Assembly: GCF_006345805.1 (NCBI RefSeq)
Contig: NC_043001.1
Location: 31,744,001-31,808,000, forward strand
Direction: 5' to 3'
Origin: Octopus sinensis
Taxonomy: Eukaryota
Length of the DNA stretch: 64,000 nt
Both the position numbers and the translations under genes were made by a program. The number at the start of each line of letters is the position of its first letter. Positions within the stretch are counted from its first letter, which is position 1. This document shows positions 37,776 to 51,345 of the stretch, piece by piece. The notes beneath the pieces are model-generated. The model saw only the letters and a program-made list of their open reading frames with translations, was not told the origin of the DNA and did not search any database.

Positions 37776-37800
37776 ATATAATATATATATATATATATTT

Positions 37801-38175
37801 ATAGGCGCAGGAGTGGCTGTGTGTTAAGTACCTTGCTTACCAACCACATGGTTCTGGGTTCAGTTCCACTGCGTGGCACTTTGGGCAAGTGTCTTCTACT
37901 ATAGCCTCGGGCCGACCAAAGCCTTGTGAGTGGATTTGGTGGACGGAATATATATATATGTGTGTGTGTTTGTGTGTCTGTGTTTGACCCCCCAACATCG
38001 CTTGACAACCGATAGTGGTGTGTTTACGTGCCCGTAACTTAAGGGTTCGGCCAAAGTGTGCGATAGAATAAGTACTAGTCTTACAAAGAATAAGCCCTGG
38101 GGGAGGTCGATTCGCTCGACTAAAGGCGGTGCTCAGCATGGCCGCAGTCAAATGACTGAAACAAGTAAGTGTAAG
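37801..38175 (+). mobile_element. SINE family A
   Basis: GGCGCAGGAGTGGCTGTGTG head, standard tail. Confidence 0.9.
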
Positions 38176-38232
38176 AGTATATATATATATATACATATAT
38201 ATGTGCATCCACACACACTCACGCACAAATAC

Positions 38233-38276
<44 letters not shown>

Positions 38277-38837
38277 ACGCTAAAATTGGACTTGTCTGAA
38301 ATTATATCAAAATTAGTCAAAGCTATTCCTAACGAGCCAAGGTTGATCTTCCCATTCACTCTTCTGGCCACGATAAAATAAAATGTTAAACTTATACTAG
38401 TATCGAGACAGCAAGTGGCTGCATCAGCATTTCAAATATGCAGCTTTGTACCATTGTAAGAAATCAATAATACCAAAGTGTGTTACGGTTGGAATTACAA
38501 TAAACTTACTTATTTGTGAAATCAGGTTTGCTGTTCACGTCATGCTACTTGCTCCCATTTTGTAGCAATGAGACATGTTTTTATATTTCTAATAACTGTG
38601 ATACTTTTTAATAAATGCCGTCTCGAAATGGCAGTGGAATGTTGGAAACGGTAGTGTTTGACACTGGAATTCTTAGGAGATATCTAATTTCGTCTCCTCT
38701 TCTTAGAAGGTAGAGTACCTTGTCAGCTTTGCAATAATATTAATTTGTGTTGAATCAGTTTACAACACTTTTCCCCCGACAAATTTGTAGCCTTGAGCTA
38801 AAACAGAAAACCCATCATCATCATTATTAATGTTACT

Positions 38838-39018
38838 GACGGCAAGCTGGCAGAATTGTTAGAGAGTCGGACAAAATATTTAGCGGCATTTCGTACGTCT
38901 TTACGTTTCTGAGTTCAAATGTCGGCGAAGTTAATAAAATAAACACCAGTTGAGGGGTCAATGTAATCGAGTAGCCACTTCGCCGAAAATTTCAGGCCTT
39001 GTGCCTTTAGTAGAAAAG

Positions 39019-39020
<2 letters not shown>
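38838..39020 (+). mobile_element. Family C long-tail variant with internal deletion
   Basis: GGCAAGCTGGCAGAATTGTTAG...TTCTGAGTTCAAAT; (ATT)n tail. Confidence 0.65.
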
Positions 39021-39056
<36 letters not shown>

Positions 39057-39349
39057 CATTATTATTATTATTACGCTAGTTCATTCTAATTCAACTAGCA
39101 GGTATTTTATCTTGATGTATAGTGACAGCAAATCTCCTCAAAGCTCAAGAATTTTAAGAGTCTTGTAGAATATATGATGGTACTTTACTGTAGGTTGAGA
39201 ATATAACTTTCAGTTCTAAATTCCTTAGCTTCTTTCATATCTCGCTCGTTTCATTTTCAAAATAGTACACTTTTCTATCCTAAATTCCGTACCTACGTCA
39301 ATTGAGTAAAGTTTGTACCAGACTTTCAAGCTGTTTCTCCTTTTTCGCA

Positions 39350-39750
39350 TAAACCTTTATATCAACCATGAAAAGGAGATGGTTTATCTGACCATTTCCT
39401 TTTCCCAAATCATAGTGAGCGGCGTCATGGCCAATACAAATAGGAATGGCGATAAGCTATCACTTTGGAATATTCCACGTCTGATGATCAATTTTCCGAG
39501 TCTTTGTTTTCCTCCGATCAATTCAGTATTCCAATGTTTCATACTTTCATGTAGCATTTTCTCCATGGTTTTTGCTATTCCAAACATGCTCATTGTTTTA
39601 CTTATCCAACTGTGCCATATGCCTTTTTTTGTAATCTAGTCATCCTACATTCACTCTCGTCAATCTGCATCTACAATTTCTACTTACCATTTACTCACCT
39701 AAAAAGTGATCTTTTGTAGCCCTACTTTGTTTCCTGCATCCCCTCTGCTC
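39350..39750 (-). mobile_element. R4/Dong-clade LINE, RT fragment
   Basis: PEEQRGCRK...LDYKKAY...MFGIA...IRRGIFQSDSLSPFLFVLAM. Confidence 0.8.
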
Positions 39751-39761
39751 TTCTGGAATTG

Positions 39762-39805
<44 letters not shown>

Positions 39806-39806
39806 T

Positions 39807-40223
39807 AGTAGTTTTATTTTTATAGCGTGCTTTCACTTCACTACCGAGCGCAGCTCTGTGTGCCTTGGGTATGTGCTGTGATTTGTTGTGATGCTCTGAT
39901 GGTTATTGTATGGAAAGTGTTCTGCGTAGGATGTGTGCAGTGCCTAGTAGTGCAATTTTCTGTATGTTATATGTGTTTGTAAGTCCTGGTGTTTTTGTTA
40001 TGTATTTGTCTGAATATTTTTTTATCATGCCTAATGCACCTACTATGATAGGAATTGTTTCTGTTTTCAGGTTCCACATTCTAGTTACCTCTATTTCCAG
40101 GTCTTTGTATTTTGAGAGTTTCTCCATTTCTTTTAGAGACACGTTGTCATCTGCCGGTATTGATACATCAATTAGAAAGCATTTTTTTTCTTCATGATCT
40201 CTGACAACTATATCTGGTCTGTT
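39807..40223 (-). mobile_element. R4/Dong-clade 3' end (RLE endonuclease plus UTR)
   Basis: NRPDIVV...LIDVSIP...KEMEKLSKYKDL...IPIIVGALG...ALLGTAHILRR; (TAA)n on both sides. Confidence 0.9.
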
Positions 40224-40240
40224 TATTATTATTATTATTC

Positions 40241-40517
40241 TATGTTTGACTTTTGCTTTACATTTGTACAAGTTTGCTCCAAGTCTCGCCCAGAGACCTC
40301 AAGAGACAACAAGTTGGAAGTTCATGTTGGTGTTACGCCTAGGGTGCCATATGTTTGGTTTTGTACTTAGTGTTGTACTAGTGAATGTCTAAGAAACCAT
40401 AAGAAAATTATGTTTGTTTTAAAACTTGAGATTACATAGAAAGTATTTTTCGTAGGAAATGAGCAGTTCCCATGAGCACTATCTTTTGAATTTCTGCCAT
40501 TTTGGGCTTTCCTGGTA
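40241..40517 (-). mobile_element. R4/Dong-clade extreme 3' end
   Basis: PGKPKMAEIQKIVLMGTAHFLRKILSM* plus UTR. Confidence 0.75.
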
Positions 40518-40567
40518 TTATTATTATTATTATTATCATTATTATTATTATTTTATTATTATTATTA

Positions 40568-41243
40568 TGTGATGAAAACTCACAGCTTATTTTTCTGGGT
40601 CTGATGGAAAGTGTCAGCTGTCCATAGCCAGCAGACTAAGTGACACTTGTTTACTGGTCATGCTTCAAGAAACTTGCGAAGAATTCTTGCAGTTCCAAGC
40701 AATGCTGATTTTTGTTGGTGTTCTACCTTCACACTTGCACCAGTCTTTCAGGGCCATGCTGGTAGTTGAGTGCTGATGCTTTCAAATGTGCCAATCACTA
40801 TTGGTATCACGTCCACTCTTCTCACTGGTCACAACCTTCGTATTTCCCACTTCAGGTCGTCATAATTGTTTATTTTTTTCTTCTTCTTTCGCATTGATTC
40901 TGTTGTCACCGGGGCATGCTGTGTTGATTACTATGCATGTTCTTTCTTTTTTATCTACCACAACAATGTCTGGTTTCCGATATCTGGTCAGGTGATCGCA
41001 CTGAATCATTTTTGCAAAATGAGGATTTTGCAAATCTCATGCTCGGTGACTCCTTCTGGGATTTGCTGGGATTTGCTCATACCACGTCTTTAGTCTTTGT
41101 AGGCTGTGATTTCCACAGAGCTCCCAGTGGATCATTCTTGCCACATTGTCATGACGTCTTTTGTATTCGTGTCGGGCCAATTTCGGGCATTCGCTAACGA
41201 TGTGCTATACCGCTTCGCCACTCACACCACATATTCTGTATTT
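40568..41243 (-). mobile_element. R4/Dong-clade 3' end (zinc knuckle plus RLE)
   Basis: HIVSECPKLARHEYKRRHDNVAR...KPDIVVVDKK...ACPGDNR...ALLGTARILRK. Confidence 0.85.
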
Positions 41244-41348
41244 GATTATTATCATCATCATAGTTATAATAATAATATAATAATATAATAATAATAATAA
41301 TATAATAATAATAATAATGATAATAATAATAATAATAATAATAATTCA

Positions 41349-41855
41349 TTAGTTTATTTTTATTACGTGTTTTCACCGCATTACCGAGCGCAGCTCTGAG
41401 CGTCTTGGGTATGCTGTCTTGTTATTAGGGCTGTTATGCTATTGCTAATTCTTGTGTATTGAAAGTGTTCTATCCAGGATGGATGCAGTACCTAGTAGGG
41501 CTATCTTCTGTTTCTTATATATATATTCGTAAGTCCTAGTGTTTTGGTTGTGTACTTTTCTCTATGTTTTTGAACATACTGTTTTTATAGGAATTACGTT
41601 TGTCATCAGACTCCATGTCCGGGCTGTCTCGGTTTCCAGATCATTATTTTTTGTGAGTTTCTCCATTTCTTTTTTAGAGATACATGGTCATTTGTTGGGA
41701 CTGGTACTTCGATGAGAAGACGTTGTTTTTTTTGGTTGTCCTTGACAACAATATCTAGCCTATTAGTCTTGATCTCCCTATCTGTGTGTATTGACATAAC
41801 CCAGAGCATGGTTGCTTTGCCATTTTTTGGAATCTTTTCTGGGATTTGCTTGAAC
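41349..41855 (-). mobile_element. R4/Dong-clade 3' end, degenerate
   Basis: PEKIPKNGKATMLWVMSIHTDREIKTNRLDIVVKD. Confidence 0.75.
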
Positions 41856-41882
41856 CACCACCACCACCACCACCGCCGCCGC

Positions 41883-42035
41883 CTCAGGAACATGCTCAAC
41901 TGGTTGAAGTCAAACAACTGACAAGCAAATCTCTGGTATTGAGCAGAATATTTGCTGTAGCCCATCTTTTATACCAAGACAAAACAATGTACATAACACT
42001 TCCAATCAGTTAAGATCAGAAGATGCACCAGGGCA
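41883..42035. repeat. Dispersed repeat family D fragment
   Basis: TGCTCAACTGGTT...AGAATATTTGCTGTAGCCCATCTTTTA shared with 63125-63225 and 63930-64000. Confidence 0.7.
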
Positions 42036-42879
42036 TTTATCATTATTATTATTATTATTAACAATGTAACAGCATATTTTCCAACTTTTCTAAAAAAAAC
42101 AAAAAAAAAACAACAAAAAACAAAGCAAAAATAAAGTACATCGTCAGACAAAGCGCCGTACAATATCCAGCGTTGTTTCTTTATATTCTAATTTTAAATC
42201 CCACCAAGACAGATTTTTGCCTTTCATCTATTCTGTGTCAATAAAATACGTACCAGCAATAATATACAATATTTGGCGTCGTCATAATCATCCTTTCTGA
42301 ATAAAAATTGACTATAGTAGTTTTATGTCTAAACAAATCAATATCTGTAATTTAAAAGAATGAAGACTAGAAGCAACTATATGTCTTACTTCCAAGAACT
42401 GGTCGTGTGCTCAAGTCGGAAATGAATATTTATTATTTAATGATCATAACTGTTTCTCTCCACCAGTCAGACAATGATTTACCTCTACTTAATGCCAGAT
42501 GGAAGAAACTAAATTCTTGGGTAAACAACGAACGCTAGAGAATTCAGAAGGAAATAAGACAAAATTATTTTAACTTGCAGCCACGAATCATAAATTGCAT
42601 TCCGCATAAAGAATGAAAATATTGCCACCACATCAAGCTCTACACTAATTGTACTAACAACATTGCAATGCTGTTTTACATTTCCAGATGATACTAACCT
42701 GCAGTAAACTTCATTATTTCACAAAACGTCGTTGAATACGAAACGTCTATAATATCCCAGGGCTGCCAACTCGATATTTTATACATGCATAATTCAAACA
42801 CACACAGACGTGTGTATATGTGTGTGAGTGTACCTATCTATCTATATGTCTGCCTGTCGATGCATGTATGTATGCATCT

Positions 42880-43235
<356 letters not shown>

Positions 43236-43236
43236 T

Positions 43237-43284
<48 letters not shown>

Positions 43285-43559
43285 ACACATTTATATAACA
43301 CTAGAGCATTCAGTTTTAAAATCAAAGCCATATAATTGAAGCAAGGTACGTGTAGTATATACGTACCCTCTTGATAGTTGTTTCTCATAATAATCAAGCG
43401 TTTTTATTAAAATGAATTCATATGTTACGTATGTATTGCATGATTCGCATTCATACAGGAAAGCCCCATCCCCACGCGCATGCGCATATGCATTACTATA
43501 TATGTATGCGTCGCAATGTAAAAGTAGTAAAATATATTAAAGAATTATATATTAAGTCG

Positions 43560-43715
43560 TATAGTGGCTGTGTGGTAAGTAGCTTGCTTACCAACCATAT
43601 GGTTCCGGGTTCAGTCCCACCTTGGGCAGGTGTCTTCTACTATAGCCTCGGGTCGACCAAAGCCTTTTGAGTGGATTTGGTAGACGGAAACTAAAAGAAG
43701 CCCGTCGTATATATG
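43560..43715 (+). mobile_element. SINE family A 5' half
   Basis: Near-consensus head and body. Confidence 0.85.
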
Positions 43716-45394
43716 TATATACGTGTAAACTCTCAACTTCTGATATAAATACACACACAGACACACACACGCGCGCACACACACACATTCACACACAAGT
43801 ACATACATTCATACACACGCACACTCACTTTTGTGTGTAAGCGCTTATATAAATGTGTATACTCATGTATATATACATGTATATATGTATACATATATAT
43901 ATATATATAACTACACAAGTGCGCACACAGTTATATCATAAATCAATTCATGACATATCTGGATTAGAGGTATGTACCAGCAGGTGATTACTTCTACAGA
44001 TTTTGGGGATAGCGAACAGTGATTGTAAGGTTTCAGCATTTTTCAAGGAATGAATGCAACAGGGATTCGAACCTGGTTCGCAAATTCAATTCGCTAGAAA
44101 TTTTCCTATCTCCTTTATAACGCATAGGCACGCACAAAGTACGTATAAAAATATTAACACACACACATATACATATAAACATTCACTCACATTCTATAAG
44201 TCTGTGGCTGAGAGCCAGAGATTGTTGAGTTGATAAGTAGCTGGAAATATAGCCCAAGGCTGAACGGTTCGTGGCTTGTTACAGGCGCTGGTCAAGACGC
44301 TTAGCTGTGAACGACAAAGTCCACTTAACTTTAAGTAGATATTTTAGGTGGATATCATTCATAGCTGTAACCTGAGGTGACACCGTGGAAGTGAATATTT
44401 TATGACCACACAGTATTGAGTTCAATTCATTTCACAAGAAGGACAAAATAAATAAAAGAAAAAGAAATTCACCAGCGACAGACTGGAATCCTAACCCGCA
44501 AGGAGGGGATTTGGCTTTAATCCGCTTAACGCTATACTGATATCGCTGTTGAAAATGACCCTATGATTCCTAGTGATATGGAAAGTATTAGCTTAAGAAT
44601 ATAACTGTTTGCAACAACAAGGACAAGAATAGCAATAGTAATGGTAGCAAAAACAACAATAACAATAACTTCAACAACTACAACAAACCTCACCAGCATA
44701 TATCCGATGGTTGAATAAATGAAATCCGAGTTGTCAATTGGGATTGATTGAGCCTCTTAAATGTTTGTTTTCTCTATGTCTTCTCAGTGTTTATAGATTA
44801 TGCTTTATCGACGAAATCATGCTGACATCATTCAACGACAAACGGTTATGAAATCTGGAAAAAAAGCAAAGAAAAAACGAAACAAAATCAAAATAAGCGA
44901 AATAGAATTTCAAAAAATATTAAAAAAAGTATAGCCTATATCAAATAGTCAGGATTTTCATAAATCAAAGCTGATTGTCAAAAGTAGGTTAATGATATTA
45001 ATAGACACAGACGAATAAACTAAGTTTTCAATCGAATCCTCTCAAATATTTTAAAGTAGGTTATAATGACATAAGTGTAACCGTTGAAGGTCACCGTGAC
45101 CTAATTGATAACAAAAGTAATACATTTGCGAGATATTGTTCAAATATTTGCAGGTGAAAATATATGCAAATAGGATATTCATCTATCCTACGCACGAAGG
45201 GGCAGCAGATAATCACAATGTCAGTTGGTCAATCTTCCTTAGCAATAATTAATCACGTACAATAATATCCGTCCACCCGTATATTCTACCCATTATTCCT
45301 GGGAGAGTCGTGGTGGTGGTGGTGGGGAATCTTCAGGTACCCGAGGGTCCTACCAAAAGCAGCCGTCATTCTACTCGAATCCTTTCTACTTTTC

Positions 45395-45565
45395 TACTCG
45401 AATCACAAGGCCTGAAATTATGGGAGAAGGTTGAGTCAATTACATCGATTCCAGCACGAAACTGGTTCTTATTTCATCGACTCCAAAAAGACGAAAGACA
45501 AATTCGACATCGGTGGAATTCGAACTACAGTGCGTAAAAACGGACGAAATGCCGCTAAGCATTAC
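45395..45565 (-). mobile_element. Family C long-tail variant, degenerate
   Basis: CACAAGGCC...ATCGAC...GAACT motifs. Confidence 0.55.
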
Positions 45566-45819
45566 AATAATAAAGAATATAATATAATATATACTGTATT
45601 TGCCGTTGTACAAGACACAGTCTCATATAAGACGCACTCCTACATTTTTGTGGAGAAAATTTATTTTGCAGTCGCGTTAGGCGCATGGAAATTATATTGT
45701 TACATTTTAAAATAAAAAAGGCGCGTCTTATACACCTGCATATACGGTAATATAATATGATATGGTAACATATGACATAATATAATATGATATATTATAA
45801 TATTATATAATATGATATA

Positions 45820-46535
45820 TCTATTATATAAAATCCGTTCTGTCTGTCTCTGTGTGTGTCTTCTAGGATTTCGGGCATCCTCCATCCGATTTCGCTCAAA
45901 TTTGATTTGTAGATACTGACGGTATCAGGGCGTGTATAAGTCTTGAAAAAATTACAAAAATCGATTCCAGGTGTGAATGCGATTGATAAAGCCGTGGGAA
46001 CGTGCATTTGTACGCGCAAGTACATCATCTGTTGCGATCGATACTACGCGTACGAGAGAAAAATGCACGTGCAGTTTGCGCAAAAAAAGAAGGCTGGCTT
46101 GAAATAATGCCACAAAATGCAGTATATTTAAGAGACCAAAAAAGTAAGATGCAAAAGAGATATTTTCTTCAAACTTGGCATGAAGGAAGGAAGACTATTT
46201 GGTTTCTCAAGAAGTTTTTTTTGCTTTAACTTCGTTTAACAAAACCAAAAATTTTATTGAAATAAAGGCATGCTTAATTATTTTTTAATGAAAAGAACTG
46301 TTTAAACCGTTTCTTAAACTCTTCGGTTGCATATTTGTGTGAATAAAATCGTTTTCTTTGGAATAGAAAAAAAGTTTATCTTTATTTCTTCTTTTGCTGG
46401 TGTCTCAAATTTAGGTTAAATCAGTGTTTCACAAAGGGGAAGCCTATGGAACGGTCGGAGAAGTTGTTTTGAGAAAATTTGGTTTAAATGTTTGACAACT
46501 CAGCACCGTCCAGCGGATGGGGGGCGTTTTGCTCG
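45820..46535 (+). mobile_element. Non-autonomous Helitron
   Basis: A|TCTATTATATAAAATC start; CCGTCC-agc-GGATGG hairpin; degenerate CTCG|T end. Confidence 0.65.
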
Positions 46536-47207
46536 TTATAATATAATATAATATAATATAATATAATATAATATAATATAATATAAGAAATTAAAAACCC
46601 AAATGCATGAACTTTCATGATCAGTGGTATCAACGAATGATAATCTCCACGGATACGTGAAGTAGAGTTGTCTTCTGGATGTCATTCGAAGAGCAAATGA
46701 AATAGTTCCGTACGGGAAACGAAGTAAGCTTGTAGTTTAAGTTTGGCAAGAATTAAGCATTATGGAACGGCGGTTTCTCGTCGAGGAGTTATGTATAATA
46801 CATGTATACTCGCTGAAGGATAGCTGACCAAGATACATTGATTTTGACACAAACGCTCACAATGCAGATCATTCATATATGCTATTGACACTGAAGTATA
46901 AGCAACTCACAGTCACAAGTATAGCCATTGTGACACACACACACACACACACACACACACATTTTCAAACTCGTAGGTGATGGTAATGGGCGCCGTCGCA
47001 GCATACAGAGTGTTTTGGTTATTTTTAGACCTAGCGGAGCCAATCGCTCTGGTTTGACCACATTCGATTTCTTCCAGAAGAAATACATAGATTGACTAAT
47101 TGATCTGGGACATCTCGGGACTGATACCTTATTTATTGACTTCAAAGGGATGAAATACCAAATAGACCATTGCGGGATTTGAACTCAGATCCGAAAAGAT
47201 TACAGCA

Positions 47208-47359
47208 AAGCAAGCTGACGTTCCAAAGACTAGGTCTATGAGCCACCTCATATATATATACAAGTGTGTGTGTATGTGTGTATTGAACACGTATTGAAAA
47301 ATATATATACGCATGCATACGTATACATATGTATCTATCTATCTTTATATATATGTATG

Positions 47360-47429
<70 letters not shown>

Positions 47430-47497
47430 GATAGATAGATACATATGTATACGTATGCATGCGTATATATATTTTTCAATACGTGTTCAATACTTAT

Positions 47498-47540
<43 letters not shown>

Positions 47541-47789
47541 CTTTACTATCCACAAGGGGCTAAACATAGAGAGGACAAACAAGGACAGACAAACGGATTA
47601 AGTCGATTACATCGACCCCAGTGCGTAACTGGTACTTAATTTATCGACCCCGAAAGGATGAAAGGCAAAGTCGACCTCGGCGGAATTTGAACTCAGAATG
47701 TAACGGCAGGCGAAATACGGCTACGCATTTCGCCCGGCATGGTAACAGTTCTGCCAGCTCGCCTTTATATATATATATATATATATATA

Positions 47790-47850
<61 letters not shown>

Positions 47851-47910
47851 ATATATATATATATGAGTTGGCTCACAGACCGAGTCTTTGGAACGTCAGA
47901 GAGCTTGCTT
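47208..47910. repeat. Inverted duplication centred on (TA)n, right arm interrupted by a SINE
   Basis: 47281-47344 vs 47428-47492 and 47208-47255 vs 47860-47910. Confidence 0.85.
47537..47764 (-). mobile_element. SINE family C, near-consensus, inside (TA)n
   Basis: Full head, core and tail. Confidence 0.9.
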
Positions 47911-47961
47911 ATATATATATAGTAAAAGCACTTATTATCCTCTATAGTCTTACTTAGTCTA

Positions 47962-48106
<145 letters not shown>

Positions 48107-48719
48107 CCGCATCACGTTTTAATTCCCAGATACTATGGTTCTGAAATTCCTTACCCAGCGTTAAACCTCGTAGCGTAGAATTAATTATACTGATCAAGGT
48201 ATAACTAAATGCTTTCAAGGGATTTGAACTCAAGACGTACATTACTAGATGTAATCTAATCGCTTATATTCTGGTCTATTTTATCACATATGAAAATATG
48301 GCAACATAAAAACTGACAGCACATCAGTGAGTAGTTTACGTATCTATGCTACGTCACTATGACGTATTCATGAAACGTCACTGTGACGTAGTATATGTCA
48401 TTCACGAGTCTATCTACAAGCAGATATCTCTCTTTCTTCTCTCTCTGCATACATACAAATATATGTGTATGAAAGCGTATGTGCGTGTATAATTAACTGC
48501 AATACTTTTTAGGGTTCTATATAGGGAACATCATAAGCAAAAACTAAGCCCTTGGAGAGCTGTGCATTGCATTTTATCAATTTCGATGATCGTTTGATGG
48601 GGCTATTTCACTTTATTTACGTTGTTAATGTTATCGGAAAAAACCTACTCTCGCATCAAGAGAAAAGATAATAACATTTTTGGCGAAGAATTTCTGGAAC
48701 CCAGATATAATATTTAGCT

Positions 48720-49010
48720 TATCTACGGCTGGGTTCAGTCCTACTGCACATCAGTCAGGGCAAGTGTCTTCTACTTTAGCACGGGGCCGACCAATAGCTT
48801 GTACCGTTGTGTTTGTGTTTGTTCCCCATGCCGCTTGACAACCAGCCTTGGTTTATTTACATCCCCATAAAATAGCAGTTCGGCAAAAGAGACCGATAGA
48901 ATAAGTACAAGAGTTAAAAGATAAGTGCTGGGGGTCAATTTATTGGACTAAAACTCTGTTTTTCCAGGCGGTGACCTAGCATGGCCGTAGTCCAATGACT
49001 GAAAGTAAAA
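48720..49010 (+). mobile_element. SINE family A, degenerate
   Basis: GGGCAAGTGTCTTCTACT, CGGCAAAAGAGACCGATAGAATAAGTAC. Confidence 0.7.
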
Positions 49011-49169
49011 AAGTCAAGACACCAGGGTTCTTAATCTACATTAAAATAATCATTCACAGAAATCTAGCACAGATAGATATCCTACCCATTTACGATGAGT
49101 TGTTCCCGACCGACCCTGGTGAGTCGAAACATATTCAGTTATCTTAAGTACTATTTTAAATAGGATAAA

Positions 49170-49407
49170 TATATTTATTTCTTTATTGCCCACAGGGGGC
49201 TAAACGTAGAAGGGGCAAACAAGGACAGACAAAGGAATTAAATCGATTACATCGACCCTAGTGCGTAACTAGTACTTATTTAATCGACCCCGAAATGATG
49301 AAAGGCAAAATCGACCTCAGTGGAATTTGAACTCAGAACGTAACGGCAGACGAATTACCGCTAAGCATTTCGCCCGGCGTGCTAACGATTCTGCCAGCTC
49401 GCCATCC
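49170..49407 (-). mobile_element. SINE family C with ~12-bp TSD
   Basis: TAAATAGGATAA on both sides. Confidence 0.85.
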
Positions 49408-49539
49408 TAAATAGGATAACAATATTGTGTTCTAAGGAATAGCATATCATTTAAATTGTTGCTGTTTCGAGATCAGTAGCTACTTAAGTCGTATAAAATG
49501 TCTTCGTCATAGTTTATGAATCCTGTTTATAACCAACTG

Positions 49540-49860
49540 AGTGACGGTACATGGCTTAGTGCTTAGGGTATTCGGTTCGCGATTGTAAGGCCGTGAGTTC
49601 GACTCCCTGCGGTGGGTTGTATCCTTGAGCAAGACACTTTATTTCACGTTACTCCAGTCCATTCACCTGGCAAAAACGGGTAGTACCTGAAATTCAAAAG
49701 GCCAGCTTTGTCGCTTTCTGTGTCACGCTGAATCTCACCGAGAACTACATTAAGGTTACGCGTGTCAGTGGAGTGCTCAATCACTTGCAAGTTAATTTCA
49801 CGAGCAGGGTGTTCCATTGACGGGTCAACTGCAGAACTCGTCGTAACCGATGGAGTGCTA
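49540..49860 (+). mobile_element. Long CORE-like tRNA SINE
   Basis: A/B-box head; CCTTGAGCAAGACACTTTATTTCAC; homologous to 12860-13180. Confidence 0.7.
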
Positions 49861-49879
49861 TTTTCTTTTTTAAATCCGA

Positions 49880-50110
49880 GTTGCCTTTTATCTTTTCTAT
49901 CACTTGGTGACTGCAGCCATGCTGGGGGGTTGGGTGGGTACCGCCTTGAAGTATTTTAGTGGAATCGAATCGACCCCAGCATTCATTGCTTTCTTATTTT
50001 AGCCTGATGTTTATAGCATCGGCTTCCTTTTGCCAACTGCTTACCTAAGAGGACATAAACATACCAACACCAGTTGTCAAGCGGTGGTAGGGACGAACAC
50101 TGACACAAAG

Positions 50111-50155
<45 letters not shown>

Positions 50156-50156
50156 A

Positions 50157-50189
<33 letters not shown>

Positions 50190-50291
50190 AAGAGGAGGAT
50201 CCGGTTCTTGACTGAAGATTAAAGGCTTCGAATGACCCGTCCGTGTATTTTGTATCGTCTATTTGGATGTTTTGCGTTCTTATCCCAATTG

Positions 50292-50336
<45 letters not shown>

Positions 50337-50460
50337 ACGATCATCTTTCAGCTTCCATCTACCAAATCTGCTCATAAGAGTTTGGTCGGCCCGAGGCTAT
50401 AGTAGAAGACGCTTGCCCAAGGTGTCATGCAGTGGAACTGAACCCAAGACCATGTTGTTA
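49880..50460 (-). mobile_element. SINE family A interrupted by microsatellites and a fold-back solo arm
   Basis: 3' half 49880-50100, 5' half 50335-50460. Confidence 0.65.
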
Positions 50461-50479
50461 AGATGGTCTGAAATTTTTG

Positions 50480-51345
50480 AAGAATGGGTAATTCGATAAC
50501 ATCAACTCCAGCGTTCAACTGGTGCTTATTTTTCCAATCCTAAAAAAACGGAAGGTAATGTCAACCTCAGCAAAATTTGAGCTTAGAACGTAAAACCAGA
50601 AGAAACGCCGCTAAACATTTTGTCCGGCATGGTAACTATTCTGTCAGCCTGCCGTCTTTGTCCATCGTTATATCGGTTTCAAATTTTGGCACAAGGCCAG
50701 CAATTTCGGGCGAAGGGATAAATCAATTACAACGACCCTAATGATCAATTTATTTTATCGACCCCGAAAGGATGAAAAAGTCGACCTCGGCGAAACTGGA
50801 ACTCAGAACATAAAGACGGTCAAAATGCTGCTAAGCTGTTTGCCAGGCATGCTAGCTTGCCGCCTTATTTTACTATTATAATACAGATTTTCAATTTTGG
50901 CACAAGGTCTGCAATTTCGGGGGAAAGGCTTGTGAATTACAATGTCCTCAGTGCTCAACTGATACTTATTTTATCGACCCCGAAAGGATGAAAAGCGAAG
51001 CCAACCTCTGCGCAATTTGAACTCAGAATGTAAAGACGGACGAAATGTTGCTAAGTATTTAGCTCGGTATGCTGACGATTCTGCCAGCTCACCTCTTATT
51101 TGTTTATTATAATATTGGTTTCAAATTACAGCATAAGGCCAATACATTCGTGGAAAGGAATGAATTGATTAAATCGACCCCAGTGCTCAATTGGTATTTA
51201 CTTTATCGACCCCGAAAAGATGAAAGCCAAAGTCAACCTTGGTGGCATTCGAACTCAGAACGTAAAACCAGAAGGAATACCGCTAAACATTTTTCCTGGC
51301 ATCTTAACTACTTTTCTGCCAGCTTGCCGTCTTTGTCTATTATAA
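50480..51345 (-). mobile_element. Four head-to-tail family C long-tail copies
   Basis: Repeated TTTCAAATTTTGGCACAAGG...ATCGACCCCGAAA...CTCAGAA units of ~215 bp. Confidence 0.75.

Noticed and set aside
42468-42521. Possible 54-nt micro-exon SDNDLPLLNARWKKLNSW
   Set aside because: Splice-like signals of this strength occur by chance; no partner exons
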